Assembly: GCA_009840175.1 (NCBI GenBank)
Contig: VXOI01000043.1
Location: 1-62,238 of the forward strand
From: Chloroflexota bacterium
GTDB taxonomy: Bacteria > Chloroflexota > Dehalococcoidia > Lucifugimonadales > UBA3495
DNA: 62,238 nt
Reading direction: 5' to 3'
Below, in pieces: positions 48,181 through 57,016 of this stretch. How positions within the stretch are numbered: position 1 is the stretch's first letter; the number at the start of each line of letters is the position of its first letter. The notes beneath the pieces are model-generated. The model saw only the letters and a program-made list of their open reading frames with translations, was not told the origin of the DNA and did no database searches. The position numbers were made by a program, and so were the translations under genes.

Positions 48181-48447
48181 CTACCGGCGCAGACCAAGCC
48201 TTGTTATGAGTGTCTGGTAGCGGTTGACATCTTCTTTGCTCAGGTAGTTCAGCAGACGCCGCCGCCTGGAGACCATGCCCTGCAAGCCGCGACGGGAGTG
48301 TACGTCTTTGCGGTGCGTCCGCAGGTGATCGGTGAGCCGTTTTATGTTCTCGGTGAGAACTGCTACCTGGATCTCGGCGGAACCGGTATCCCGGTCGTTG
48401 ATGCGGTATTCACGGATGATGTTTGTTTTGGTTTCGCCGTCTAGCAT
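48181..48447 (-). CDS. rpsO: 30S ribosomal protein S15
   Basis: [29 protein letters not shown]. Confidence 0.98.
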   Translation of the reverse strand: MLDGETKTNIIREYRINDRDTGSAEIQVAVLTENIKRLTDHLRTHRKDVHSRRGLQGMVSRRRRLLNYLSKEDVNRYQTLITRLGLRR

Positions 48448-48497
48448 TTGGTGCGTCTTCGCTTCTCTTGCTTCTTCTTTATCTAACTTCCGAGTTG

Positions 48498-48526
48498 ATT
48501 CTATCACGGCGGGCCGGGGTTAGCAA
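48498..48526 (-). promoter_or_regulatory. Probable rpsO-pnp promoter
   Basis: Minus strand TTGCTA-N17-TAGAAT. Confidence 0.6.
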
Positions 48527-48928
48527 CCGCGGGGGACACTGTAGAAAATTGCAAAACTCCCGTTCTGAAAATTGCTGACAGTAGCGTGCTTCGTGTTGCG
48601 CGGTACTAGGAAATCCCTGCCAGGTGTGATAGCGTGAGGACGCCCCCAAATTGAAAGCCCCCGGCGGCAACCAGGGGCTAAAGAGGATCCGGGTCCTGAC
48701 AGACACCCAAGACGTTTCTCATCGTGACAGGTGGGGGCGTGTCTGTCAAGCGGGCCGGGTCCGATAGGAGTCGGCCATGTCTGAGATTCACATATACAGC
48801 GACTGCCCTGAAAACAAACCCATCCCGGAGTTGGCCCGTATCCGCTTGCTCTGGCTCGCACGCACTTGTCGCGGCTGTCTGCGACGGCAGTGGTTGGAGG
48901 CGTGACAAGACAAATATCACCTACCGCA

Positions 48929-49249
48929 TCAAGCCCAAGGGCTTTGGGGAAGTTTGATACCGCCCTGCGGGCGTCCAAGCGCCCGCCATTCCGCGTTCGT
49001 CAGGTTCGTGCGGTTCTTGCCGTGAAAGCATGGCCAACACAAGACCTGCGCGTTTTTCAACTCTACCGTCCCGCCGCGCTTGAGCGGCACCTTGAAGTCG
49101 ATGGCTAACTCACCGTGCAACGCCAATTGCGTCTCGTTCAGCTTTGTGGAAAACCGTTCCCCGCATCCTTGGCACTTTCCTCCAGCCTCCCGAATCAGGT
49201 CCTTCCTGATAAGCATTGTGGGCCTGCCATACGGTGATCGCTTCGGCAT
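48929..49249 (-). CDS. HNH-fold protein, probably catalytically altered
   Basis: KCQGCG...IDFKVPLKRGG...NAQVLCWPC; GGAGG RBS. Confidence 0.75.
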   Translation of the reverse strand: MPKRSPYGRPTMLIRKDLIREAGGKCQGCGERFSTKLNETQLALHGELAIDFKVPLKRGGTVELKNAQVLCWPCFHGKNRTNLTNAEWRALGRPQGGIKLPQSPWA

Positions 49250-49293
49250 CTCTGACCTCCATTAACACCTTGAAATGGTCTGTTCCGGCAACG

Positions 49294-49725
49294 CTACTCT
49301 TTCCTTTCCTGCTTCCCGAACAGCATACCGCCCACAGCACCCGTACCCAAAGCCACCAACCCGACTATGACTATGACGCCCGCGAGGACTACAACTTCCT
49401 CCAAGTATGGCCAAGGGTTGCCGTCTGTCTCGTCCGAAAGCCATGACCAAGCGGCCATAAAGGCGGCAAGCGTCCCGAGTGTCCAGATAAACCATTCGAT
49501 GTACCTGTCCCATTCACCCACTCTGGTAGGTATCCTTTGTATGGCGATTGCGAACGCCGCGATGAGAGCGCAGCCAGCCGCCTTTGCTCCGTCGTCATAC
49601 TCGGAGGTTGTTCGCCCCGTGAAAGTGATGATGTTCGCTGGATCCCATACCAAGATTGCGAACAGAAATATGTAGCCACAGGCGGTTGCTGCTGCTTTGA
49701 ATCCAAATACGGCTTTATCAGACAT
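49294..49725 (-). CDS. Membrane hypothetical protein
   Basis: Four hydrophobic segments, AGGAG RBS. Confidence 0.6.
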   Translation of the reverse strand: MSDKAVFGFKAAATACGYIFLFAILVWDPANIITFTGRTTSEYDDGAKAAGCALIAAFAIAIQRIPTRVGEWDRYIEWFIWTLGTLAAFMAAWSWLSDETDGNPWPYLEEVVVLAGVIVIVGLVALGTGAVGGMLFGKQERKE

Positions 49726-49874
49726 ATACTCTCCTGCGTACAGCTTCGTCCCCCACGCTCACTAACAGCGGTAGACGAAATAGGCAATATAATGCGTCTA
49801 GCCTGAATCAATATCGCTGATTGATGCCACAAAATATAGCATTCCAGTCACAAAAGTGGTAGAATTTCCGTACC

Positions 49875-50026
49875 AAAAAGAGAAGCCCGGCACTGCAATG
49901 CCGGGCTTCGATGGGGCCACCCGTCTAGTGGCTACCTATGTGGATGCAACACCACATATTGTAGCCCTTACGGATTCGGTTTGTCCAGCCCCATCGAAGC
50001 CTCTTTTCGGTGGGGCTTTCCTATTT
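49875..50026. promoter_or_regulatory. Structured leader with mutually exclusive hairpins (candidate attenuator plus antisense RNA)
   Basis: Stems 49882-49909 and 49987-50017; competing 14-bp pairing 49904-49917/49988-50001. Confidence 0.55.
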
Positions 50027-50044
50027 CCGCAAGGGTGGTGTGTT

Positions 50045-50398
50045 GTGAACCCTCAAGACCAACGTCCCGATTTCAACCTCTACGGCCTCTCCTTATTCCT
50101 ATCGTCGGTGGGTAAATCGTTGGCTCGCTTCGATTACACCGACCCCGAGTACCGGAATCCCAAGTGGTTCCTCGTCATGCTGGACGCCGAAATCATCGAG
50201 CAGGAAACGGAACGAGAATTGTCTCCCGAAGAAAACCACACGCTCCGGCTGCTACAAAGTGTTCTGGTCGATACGGTGCATCTCCAGATCTCCCGCCTTC
50301 AAGATGCGAGGGTCTCCGGTACGGACTGGCAGCGGCTGGCCAGCAATCAGGAGCGGTGGTTTCCCGATGTGGATTGGTTGCTTCCAGATGACAAGTAA
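50045..50398 (+). CDS. Hypothetical protein
   Basis: GTG after AAGGGTGG; upstream part of the called ORF is the structured leader. Confidence 0.55.
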   Translation: MNPQDQRPDFNLYGLSLFLSSVGKSLARFDYTDPEYRNPKWFLVMLDAEIIEQETERELSPEENHTLRLLQSVLVDTVHLQISRLQDARVSGTDWQRLASNQERWFPDVDWLLPDDK

Positions 50399-50473
50399 CT
50401 ATACGCGAGACCGGAGGAACGAGTGGTAGACTGCGCGTCAGTCAAATTCAATGGCCTTGAAGGATGAAAACGC

Positions 50474-50692
50474 TTATGGACAATCATGCTCCATAGAATC
50501 CTGTTGCTGTTGACGATCTGATTGTCGGGATAGATACCTCGACATCACCTCATCGAACTCTTCTGGAGATAACCTATAGGACCTCCGCGGACCCCATATC
50601 ACGCCAGGTAGTGACTCTGGTATTGAGTCCTCATCAGGTCGATGGCCTGCTGGATGACCTGCAATCCTTTTATCTTGATTCTCAGCAACCAT
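50474..50692 (-). CDS. Hypothetical protein
   Basis: 72-aa ORF with GAGGG RBS. Confidence 0.4.
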   Translation of the reverse strand: MVAENQDKRIAGHPAGHRPDEDSIPESLPGVIWGPRRSYRLSPEEFDEVMSRYLSRQSDRQQQQDSMEHDCP

Positions 50693-50791
50693 AACTAACC
50701 CTCAGTGACTGATTAGACCGCCTATCCCGACCAAAGCATAGGCGGTCTCGCAGGCCACGGCTCACTCTCCCTGACAGGATCATTTCAACAC

Positions 50792-52033
50792 GTGACCCAT
50801 TTGGATTCTACGGCATCGGGTGACAGCCCGCAAGCCGCCAAAAGCGGCTATGGCTTCCTTGCGTCCATCATGGACGGCATCGATGCCGAAGAACTCCTTG
50901 ACGCTCTCCAGCAAACACGACTGACAGGCCGCCCCGGCTATCCCTTCCGCTCCATGTGGCGGGCCTGGCTTGCCAAGTACATCCTCAGCATCCGCTACAA
51001 TGTCGATCTCGTGGCTCGCCTCCGTAGCAGCGCTAGGCTCCGCGAAGTCTGCGGCTTCGACGGCCCTGTGCCAAGCGAGTCCACATTCTGCCGGTTCTTC
51101 TCCCGCCTCGCTGATTTCCAACACCTTGTCGAGCAATGCCTCGTCGCCATCACCGACCAGATCGGCGCGAAACTTCCGTACTTTGGGAAGGTCGTCGCCG
51201 CTGACGCGAGTGTGTTTCCGACCTACGGGAACCCCGACCGCAAAACCGTACAGGGCAACCCTTGCGGCGATATGGACGCAAAGTGGGGATTCAAGAACAG
51301 CGTCAGAACCAAGGAGAAGGAAGAAGTTGAATGGTGCTTCGGATACAAGATGCACGCCATCGCCGACGCCCTCTACGGCATCCCGCTCGGCTTCGTCCTC
51401 ACTCCAGCCAACACCAACGAATCGCCCCTCCTGCCGGAGGTAGTTCGGAAAGCCCAGGCCGCTTACAAGCATCTTAAACCCAGATTCCTGTTGGCTGACA
51501 GGCAATACGACTCTGACAACAATTTCCGCTTCCTCAACAAGCGCAAAATCACTCCCGTAATCCATATCCGAAAGCCCAGCAATAACAGAGAACTTCACAG
51601 AGGCATCTACTCGCCCAATGGTTCGCCCACCTGCCAGGGCGGAAAGGAGATGCAGTACATCAGCACTGACCCCGACACTGGCCACCACCTGTTCCGTTGC
51701 CCCAATGGCGGCTGTCCGCTCCAAACCAAGAGAGGCGTCCACTACTGTGCGGATGAAGTGTGGGAAGACCCCGCCGTTGAACCTCGTATCGTCGGCACGC
51801 TTCCAAGGGCCAGCCCGCTCTGGAAGAAGCTCTACAAACGGCGCTGGAGTGTGGAGCGAGTGTTTCGCAGCCTGAAACATTCCCGCAACTTGGACCAGCA
51901 CTGCTTCCGGGGAATGCGAAAGGTGCTGCTGCACTCAACGCTGTCGATGCTCACATACAACGCCACCGTGCTGGCCCGGCTGGATGCCGGAGACCGTCGT
52001 AATATGAGACAAATGCGGGTGAAGGAATCATAA
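50792..52033 (+). CDS. DDE transposase (IS1182/IS5-like)
   Basis: TGRPGY, VPSESTFCRF, AADAS, FGYKMH, LADRQYD, YKRRWSVERVF. Confidence 0.9.
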   Translation: MTHLDSTASGDSPQAAKSGYGFLASIMDGIDAEELLDALQQTRLTGRPGYPFRSMWRAWLAKYILSIRYNVDLVARLRSSARLREVCGFDGPVPSESTFCRFFSRLADFQHLVEQCLVAITDQIGAKLPYFGKVVAADASVFPTYGNPDRKTVQGNPCGDMDAKWGFKNSVRTKEKEEVEWCFGYKMHAIADALYGIPLGFVLTPANTNESPLLPEVVRKAQAAYKHLKPRFLLADRQYDSDNNFRFLNKRKITPVIHIRKPSNNRELHRGIYSPNGSPTCQGGKEMQYISTDPDTGHHLFRCPNGGCPLQTKRGVHYCADEVWEDPAVEPRIVGTLPRASPLWKKLYKRRWSVERVFRSLKHSRNLDQHCFRGMRKVLLHSTLSMLTYNATVLARLDAGDRRNMRQMRVKES

Positions 52034-52175
52034 TATGGCCGTAGTATCCGAGTTTACTACCAAATTATGTCAATATGCAGAGGTATTCGTATTTTTTGTT
52101 GCAGCATATGAATCCCCCTGATATTCTTAAAGAAATCTCTTGGTGAATACATGGAGATGGATAAGGAGACGGGAA

Positions 52176-52427
52176 ATGACTGAACTACATAACGGGGTCG
52201 AGAATGGCGAACTCGACCTGGAGGCTATGGACGAATACCTTCGGAGCGTTGGCGGAGATCTCGACCCGAACGTCATGGAGGAGTACCTTCGGAGTGTGGC
52301 AAAGGAAAACTTGTCGATTGAGGAGATTCGGGCACAGAGGATCTCCTTCGTGATGGGGATGCTTCCCCACGAGTCCACAATGACCCGCGAGCGGGTGGAG
52401 GAAATACTGCGCAGGTCCTACGGCTAG
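52176..52427 (+). CDS. Small Fic-associated antitoxin-like protein
   Basis: EEIRAQRISFVMG..TMTRE; internal duplication M(D/E)EYLRSV; directly upstream of Fic. Confidence 0.6.
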   Translation: MTELHNGVENGELDLEAMDEYLRSVGGDLDPNVMEEYLRSVAKENLSIEEIRAQRISFVMGMLPHESTMTRERVEEILRRSYG

Positions 52428-52433
52428 GTTGGC

Positions 52434-53036
52434 ATGAATCTATTCGAGCTCGCTACCAGCGAGAACAATCCAGTCTACCAGCAAGTTGAGTCCGAAAATT
52501 ACGCGAGGCACTACAGTTTTCTGCGATCAATGATCGAGTCCGCGATCAGCAGCGGAAAGACATGGCTATCTGAATCGCTCATCAAGGCTCTCAACTTTCA
52601 TGCAATCGTGGGTCTCCACCCACAGGCCGGAATGTATCGTCCAACTGAGGTTACGGTAGGCACACACATCCCTCCTGATTTCTGGAGGGTGGAAGCCTTG
52701 ATGGAGGACTTCGTAAACTACATCAACAGGAACTGGCACGACGCGGTTCCGTCGTTAGCCGCATATGCTCTCTGGAGGATCAACAACATCCATCCCTTCA
52801 TAAATGGGAATGGGAGGACTGCTCGGGCAGTCTGTTATTACATCCTCTGCGTCAAGACCGGAGGGCTGTTGCCAGGCTCAACCATTGTTCCCGAGATCCT
52901 GCGCAACGATCCGATGCGGACACCGTACTACCATGCGTTGAGATACGCCGATGGTAGCGGCGATATCGGCCCTCTTTCACGGGTCGTTGTGGCAGCGCTG
53001 GCCCGGCAGGTGGGACAACCCCAACCCCAGGCTTGA
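52434..53036 (+). CDS. Fic/Doc family protein
   Basis: HPFINGNGRTAR, AGMYR. Confidence 0.9.
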   Translation: MNLFELATSENNPVYQQVESENYARHYSFLRSMIESAISSGKTWLSESLIKALNFHAIVGLHPQAGMYRPTEVTVGTHIPPDFWRVEALMEDFVNYINRNWHDAVPSLAAYALWRINNIHPFINGNGRTARAVCYYILCVKTGGLLPGSTIVPEILRNDPMRTPYYHALRYADGSGDIGPLSRVVVAALARQVGQPQPQA

Positions 53037-53066
53037 TTCCAACTACTGTCTACTGCAAAGCGACGA

Positions 53067-53090
53067 AGGCCCGGCCGACGCCGGGCCTCT
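53067..53090. terminator. Hairpin between convergent genes
   Basis: AGGCCCGGC-CGAC-GCCGGGCCT. Confidence 0.6.
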
Positions 53091-53101
53091 GCTTTATCGC
53101 C

Positions 53102-53836
53102 CTACAGCCCCAGCAATTGAGCCTTTTTGGCGTCGAATTCTTCTTGTGTCAGGTATCCCCGCTCCAGCAGGGAAGCAAGGCGCTCCAAATCATCCAGCGA
53201 GGATGGCACAGGTGCTGCGGACGCTACTGCACCTCTCTCTGAACGAGACCTAACTCCGTCAGAGAAGTTGCGGAGGGAATCTCTATCGTCGATTCCCTCC
53301 AGCTTGAAACCTGAGCCACCCCTACCAGTTACCTGTAGCTCCGATACCGTCAGGCCAGTTTTGTGGCTGACGGCCTCGATATTCCTGTACGGCAAGTGCA
53401 GGACCTCTGCGCTACCCGTCAGTCCCTCGTCGAAAAAGATTACCCGCTTGTTGGTAGCTATGGCTACTGCATCATGGGGGACCATACGTCCTTTACCTGT
53501 GAGGTTTGCTTTGAGCAAACCTCCCACCACATGCTCGATTGATTCGTCGGAGTCGAGAATGTCGTAGAGCCTCTTGCGCTCGCTGGAGAATTTACCCTTT
53601 CTCCAGCGTTTTGGCCTTGCTAACTCCCATCCGTCGTCAATCGCTTGCCTTCTCGTGACCTGATCCAGCTCAGCACCGGTTATGCGGTGGAAGCGGAGAG
53701 CCTCAGCAAGGCCCCTTTTCTCTCTGGTAGACTCGATTACCTTTTGCCGACGTGCCTGCTTCTCTTCCTCCTTTTTTCTCCGGCGAGATTCGTTTTCTTC
53801 TTCGGCTATCCGATTCATCCAATTCCAGATTTGCAT
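53102..53836 (-). CDS. Bacterial PH domain + SHOCT protein
   Basis: IATNKRVIFF, PY.NI..VS, LERLASLLERGYLTQEEFDAKKAQLL. Confidence 0.85.
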   Translation of the reverse strand: MQIWNWMNRIAEEENESRRRKKEEEKQARRQKVIESTREKRGLAEALRFHRITGAELDQVTRRQAIDDGWELARPKRWRKGKFSSERKRLYDILDSDESIEHVVGGLLKANLTGKGRMVPHDAVAIATNKRVIFFDEGLTGSAEVLHLPYRNIEAVSHKTGLTVSELQVTGRGGSGFKLEGIDDRDSLRNFSDGVRSRSERGAVASAAPVPSSLDDLERLASLLERGYLTQEEFDAKKAQLLGL

Positions 53837-53855
53837 GGTCGTCTCCCTTACATGA

Positions 53856-54308
53856 TCACCTAGTCCGCGCCATCCGGCAATCCTTGAAGACCAACAAGGA
53901 GTCCCACGTCAAGCCAGACACCTTGCATACAGCGGTTACAGAATCTCCAGGATTGAGCCGAATAACATCCCGGTCATTCTTGAAATCGAACTGGATCTGG
54001 TTCCATCCCGAAGCATCCGCATTCATCAGCACTTTGCCGCCATCATCGATCCTGTCGATCCACCCAAGCTCAACTGTAAACCAGCGATCTTTGTATTGGC
54101 TGTTGGCACGGGTCTCGTTGGCCTGGTAATCGAGCCATACTTGCATGGCATCGACAAAGGGCGGAGGGGTCGGCGTTGGAGAGGGAGTATGGGGATGGCT
54201 GCTGCCGCCACCATCAGGGCCACACTGAACCAACACCGCTATGAGAATTGCGACAAGGACAAAGAGGATGACGAGGAGAGTGACACATCCTCTGATTGCG
54301 GTGCCCAT
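53856..54308 (-). CDS. Membrane-anchored OB-fold (tRNA_anti-like) protein
   Basis: N-terminal TM, DYQANETRANSQYKD, LNPGDSVT..C. Confidence 0.75.
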   Translation of the reverse strand: MGTAIRGCVTLLVILFVLVAILIAVLVQCGPDGGGSSHPHTPSPTPTPPPFVDAMQVWLDYQANETRANSQYKDRWFTVELGWIDRIDDGGKVLMNADASGWNQIQFDFKNDRDVIRLNPGDSVTAVCKVSGLTWDSLLVFKDCRMARTR

Positions 54309-54537
54309 AGGAGGCTCCTTGCTGAGTCAGGATACCGGGCAGAATTGCCACAAACCACCTGGATTCCACACGAGCCAGCAAGGAGCACGAAGTGCCCTTC
54401 CTGACTACAGGCTCGATTGAGTTCCGTTTAGAACCCCGGAACCAAAAGGGTGGTTTGTGGCAGCGTTATCGTTACACAGAAAGGCCGCTGGCGTCTACTC
54501 AGCGGCCTTCGGAGTTGAATGTATCTGGCTCGAATCA

Positions 54538-54738
54538 CTAGGAGCGCGGCGGACGCGGCAGACGACCAACCTTCCGCCCTTCCTTGAGCCACTTGATGAA
54601 CTGCCTGACGGCGTAGATGTATGTCTGACTGCGTGCGTACGACAAGCGACCGTTCCGTTCCATGCTGCTCTGCCAGGCATCACACAGTCTCTCTAGGGTA
54701 TTGACGAGATCCTGCTCATCCGTCCTTTTCTGCGTCAT
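54538..54738 (-). CDS. Small hypothetical protein resembling integrase SAM-like helices
   Basis: LSYARSQTYIYAVRQFIKWL; GGAG RBS. Confidence 0.45.
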   Translation of the reverse strand: MTQKRTDEQDLVNTLERLCDAWQSSMERNGRLSYARSQTYIYAVRQFIKWLKEGRKVGRLPRPPRS

Positions 54739-54887
54739 GGGGTGTTCTCTCCAGCGTCACGATGCGCCATCGCCCTTTGTCAAGGAGTTTTGCAATTTTC
54801 TAACACTGCCATCAGCCAAGAAATTACGTGACGACGGGTACGCGAAATTATCCCAACATCCCATCCGAGATAGGGTACAATTAACCT

Positions 54888-55631
54888 ATGACTACGATAA
54901 ATACCATAGAAGACTTGGTCAGAATTCTGAGAGAGCAGCCCGCTTGGGCCGAGGCCGTCAGGGCGGTGCTCCTCACCGAGGACCTGCTCGATCTGCCCGC
55001 CCGATTCGACCGTTTCGTCCAGTCCCAGGAGGAAACCAACCGAAGGCAGGAGGAAACCAACCGCCGCCTGTCCGAAACGCTGGCACAACAAGCTGAACTG
55101 CTGGCCGAGCTGAAGGAAATTAGCGAAGACAACAGGCAGCGGCTTACCAGCTTGGAAGAACGTGTTGGAAGTCTGGAGGGCCGATTTACGAGGATGGAGG
55201 GCCGGTTTGGAAACTTTGAGGGCGGACAGTACGAGGGAATGGTTCGCACCAAGGCTCTGGCCCGCGCCCACATCCAGCTTGGTTTTGAAGCCCCATACGT
55301 TGCCCTGCATCAGGAGGGTTTAGCAGACCCCCTGCTGGTCAGCGCTATTGCCCATGCAAGGCGGGATAACCTGGTGACGACTGAGGATTCTGGTGACCTC
55401 TTTGAGACTGACCTGATTATCTCGGACGGAAACAACCGCCATGCCGTCTTTGAGATTTCTCTCACAGCGGATACCAGCGACATCCTGCGAGCCAAGCAAC
55501 GGGCTGGCATCCTCGAGACCATCACCAGCGGAGCCGTAATTCCGGTTATCATCACGGCCCGAATTGACGATGCGCGTTACGAACAGGCTGACGAAGAGGG
55601 AGTGATAGTCTTCGTAATCTCGTACCCGTGA
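54888..55631 (+). CDS. Coiled-coil protein with PD-(D/E)XK-like C-terminus
   Basis: IEDLVRILREQPAW, heptad repeats, TDLII..FEIS.T..SDI.RA..RA. Confidence 0.7.
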   Translation: MTTINTIEDLVRILREQPAWAEAVRAVLLTEDLLDLPARFDRFVQSQEETNRRQEETNRRLSETLAQQAELLAELKEISEDNRQRLTSLEERVGSLEGRFTRMEGRFGNFEGGQYEGMVRTKALARAHIQLGFEAPYVALHQEGLADPLLVSAIAHARRDNLVTTEDSGDLFETDLIISDGNNRHAVFEISLTADTSDILRAKQRAGILETITSGAVIPVIITARIDDARYEQADEEGVIVFVISYP

Positions 55632-55636
55632 CGGCG

Positions 55637-57016
55637 CTACCTCTGGTCGCGGTAGTTGGGGGCGTCTATCGGCACCCAGTCTACCACCAGCCAGTCCACC
55701 AGCCGTGATGCGATGCGGGGCTTGGCGTCTTCCAGTTCCTCCATGGTTGAGGCGGTGGTGATGACCGTGGCCAGCCTGGCCTCGTGGCGGTGAACGATAA
55801 TTTGGTAGAGCTTCTCCTCCGCCCACGGTGTGCTGTTTTCCGCGCCTAGGTCGTCGAGTATCAGCAGCGGGACGTTGAGCACCTGCTCGAAAAGCTCATC
55901 AAAGCCGACCATGCTGTTCGGGCTGTAGGTAGTACGTAGATGGTCCAGCAGCGTCGGCACGAAGGCGAAGAAGACTTGGCCCCCCTGCTGCAAGCTCTCT
56001 CCGGCTATTGCTACCGCCAGGTGCGTCTTGCCGGAACCGCGCGCTCCGGTCAGCAGCAGCCAGCCTTCCGGGAAGGTGGCGAAGGTGCGGGCCGCGCTGA
56101 CAGCGTGAGCCAGCGTATCCCGGTCCTTCTCGGTTGCCTTGGGACTGCCCGCAGGATTGAAGTTGGTGAACTTCATCCGCTCCAGCATTTCAGGACGCAC
56201 TTCGCCGATGCCCAAGGCCAGGCGGGTATTGAAGTGGCCCAACTGGAGGACTGTGGAACGCCCGTCGGCGGCTTCCAGGCGCGTACGGAGAGATTCGTCC
56301 AGCCGGGCCAGCGGGCCCCGGACGGTTACGACGGTTGGCAGGTTGTTGTTGTGGCGGTGGTAGATGACTTGAAACAGCTTTTCCTGCGCCCATGGGGTGG
56401 CGCTGTGGACGCCCAGATCGTCGAGCACCAGCAGAGGCACGTTGCGCACCTGCTCGAACAGCTCGTCGTAGGTCGTCTGGCTGTCGGGGGCGTAGGCGGC
56501 GCGCAAGTGATCCAGCAGGTCGGCCACCATGATGAAGAAGGTGGTCTGCTGCCGCTCGATGCAGCGGTTAGCGATGGCTGCCGCCAGGTGAGTCTTGCCG
56601 CTGCCGGATGGCCCGGTCAGCACCAGCCAGCCCTGCGGGTCTTCCGCGTAGGTTGCTGCCTGGGCAAAGGCTTCGGTGAACATTCGCCGGGCCCCGGGGT
56701 CGGCCAGCGGCCCTTCCGTCCGAGTGGCCGCGAAGGTGACGTGGGATAGGGACCCCAGGTTGCTGTACCGCCGCAGCGATTCGCGCCGCGAGGGCGATTC
56801 CTTATCGTCGTGGCACGATGGGCAGGGGACGGCCTGCCCGAACTCCGGGTGGCCGACGGGCATACGGCGCGTCACCCAGCCGGAGCCGTTGCAGGTGGCG
56901 CAGCGGTCAGCCTCGGCCGGTTCGGGAGGGTGCGCTGCGCCGCCGCCGTTGGTAGTCCTGGCTATACTTCTGGCGCTGATTCTGCGGAGAATGTCGCCCA
57001 GGCTTTCCATCGTCAT
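55637..57016 (-). CDS. DnaC/IstB-like helicase loader with two AAA+ domains
   Basis: CATC..CPSC, GPSGSGKTHL and GARGSGKTHL, two LDDLG. Confidence 0.9.
   Translation of the reverse strand: MTMESLGDILRRISARSIARTTNGGGAAHPPEPAEADRCATCNGSGWVTRRMPVGHPEFGQAVPCPSCHDDKESPSRRESLRRYSNLGSLSHVTFAATRTEGPLADPGARRMFTEAFAQAATYAEDPQGWLVLTGPSGSGKTHLAAAIANRCIERQQTTFFIMVADLLDHLRAAYAPDSQTTYDELFEQVRNVPLLVLDDLGVHSATPWAQEKLFQVIYHRHNNNLPTVVTVRGPLARLDESLRTRLEAADGRSTVLQLGHFNTRLALGIGEVRPEMLERMKFTNFNPAGSPKATEKDRDTLAHAVSAARTFATFPEGWLLLTGARGSGKTHLAVAIAGESLQQGGQVFFAFVPTLLDHLRTTYSPNSMVGFDELFEQVLNVPLLILDDLGAENSTPWAEEKLYQIIVHRHEARLATVITTASTMEELEDAKPRIASRLVDWLVVDWVPIDAPNYRDQR

Larger units (their letters stand above)
48542..54802. 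mobile_element. 6.26-kb element with perfect 19-bp TIRs and flanking 6-bp direct repeat ACACTG
   Basis: TAGAAAATTGCAAAACTCC (48542-48560) / GGAGTTTTGCAATTTTCTA (54784-54802); ACACTG at 48536-48541 and 54803-54808; lower-GC accessory cargo. Confidence 0.8.

Noticed and set aside
48536-54808. Tn7-like element with TGT...ACA ends
   Set aside because: No 5-bp duplication outside TGT/ACA and no tns genes; the 19-bp TIR plus 6-bp repeat fits exactly
55637-57016. IS21 IstB helper of a transposon
   Set aside because: No istA; lies in the dnaB/DnaD operon and has an N-terminal Zn motif
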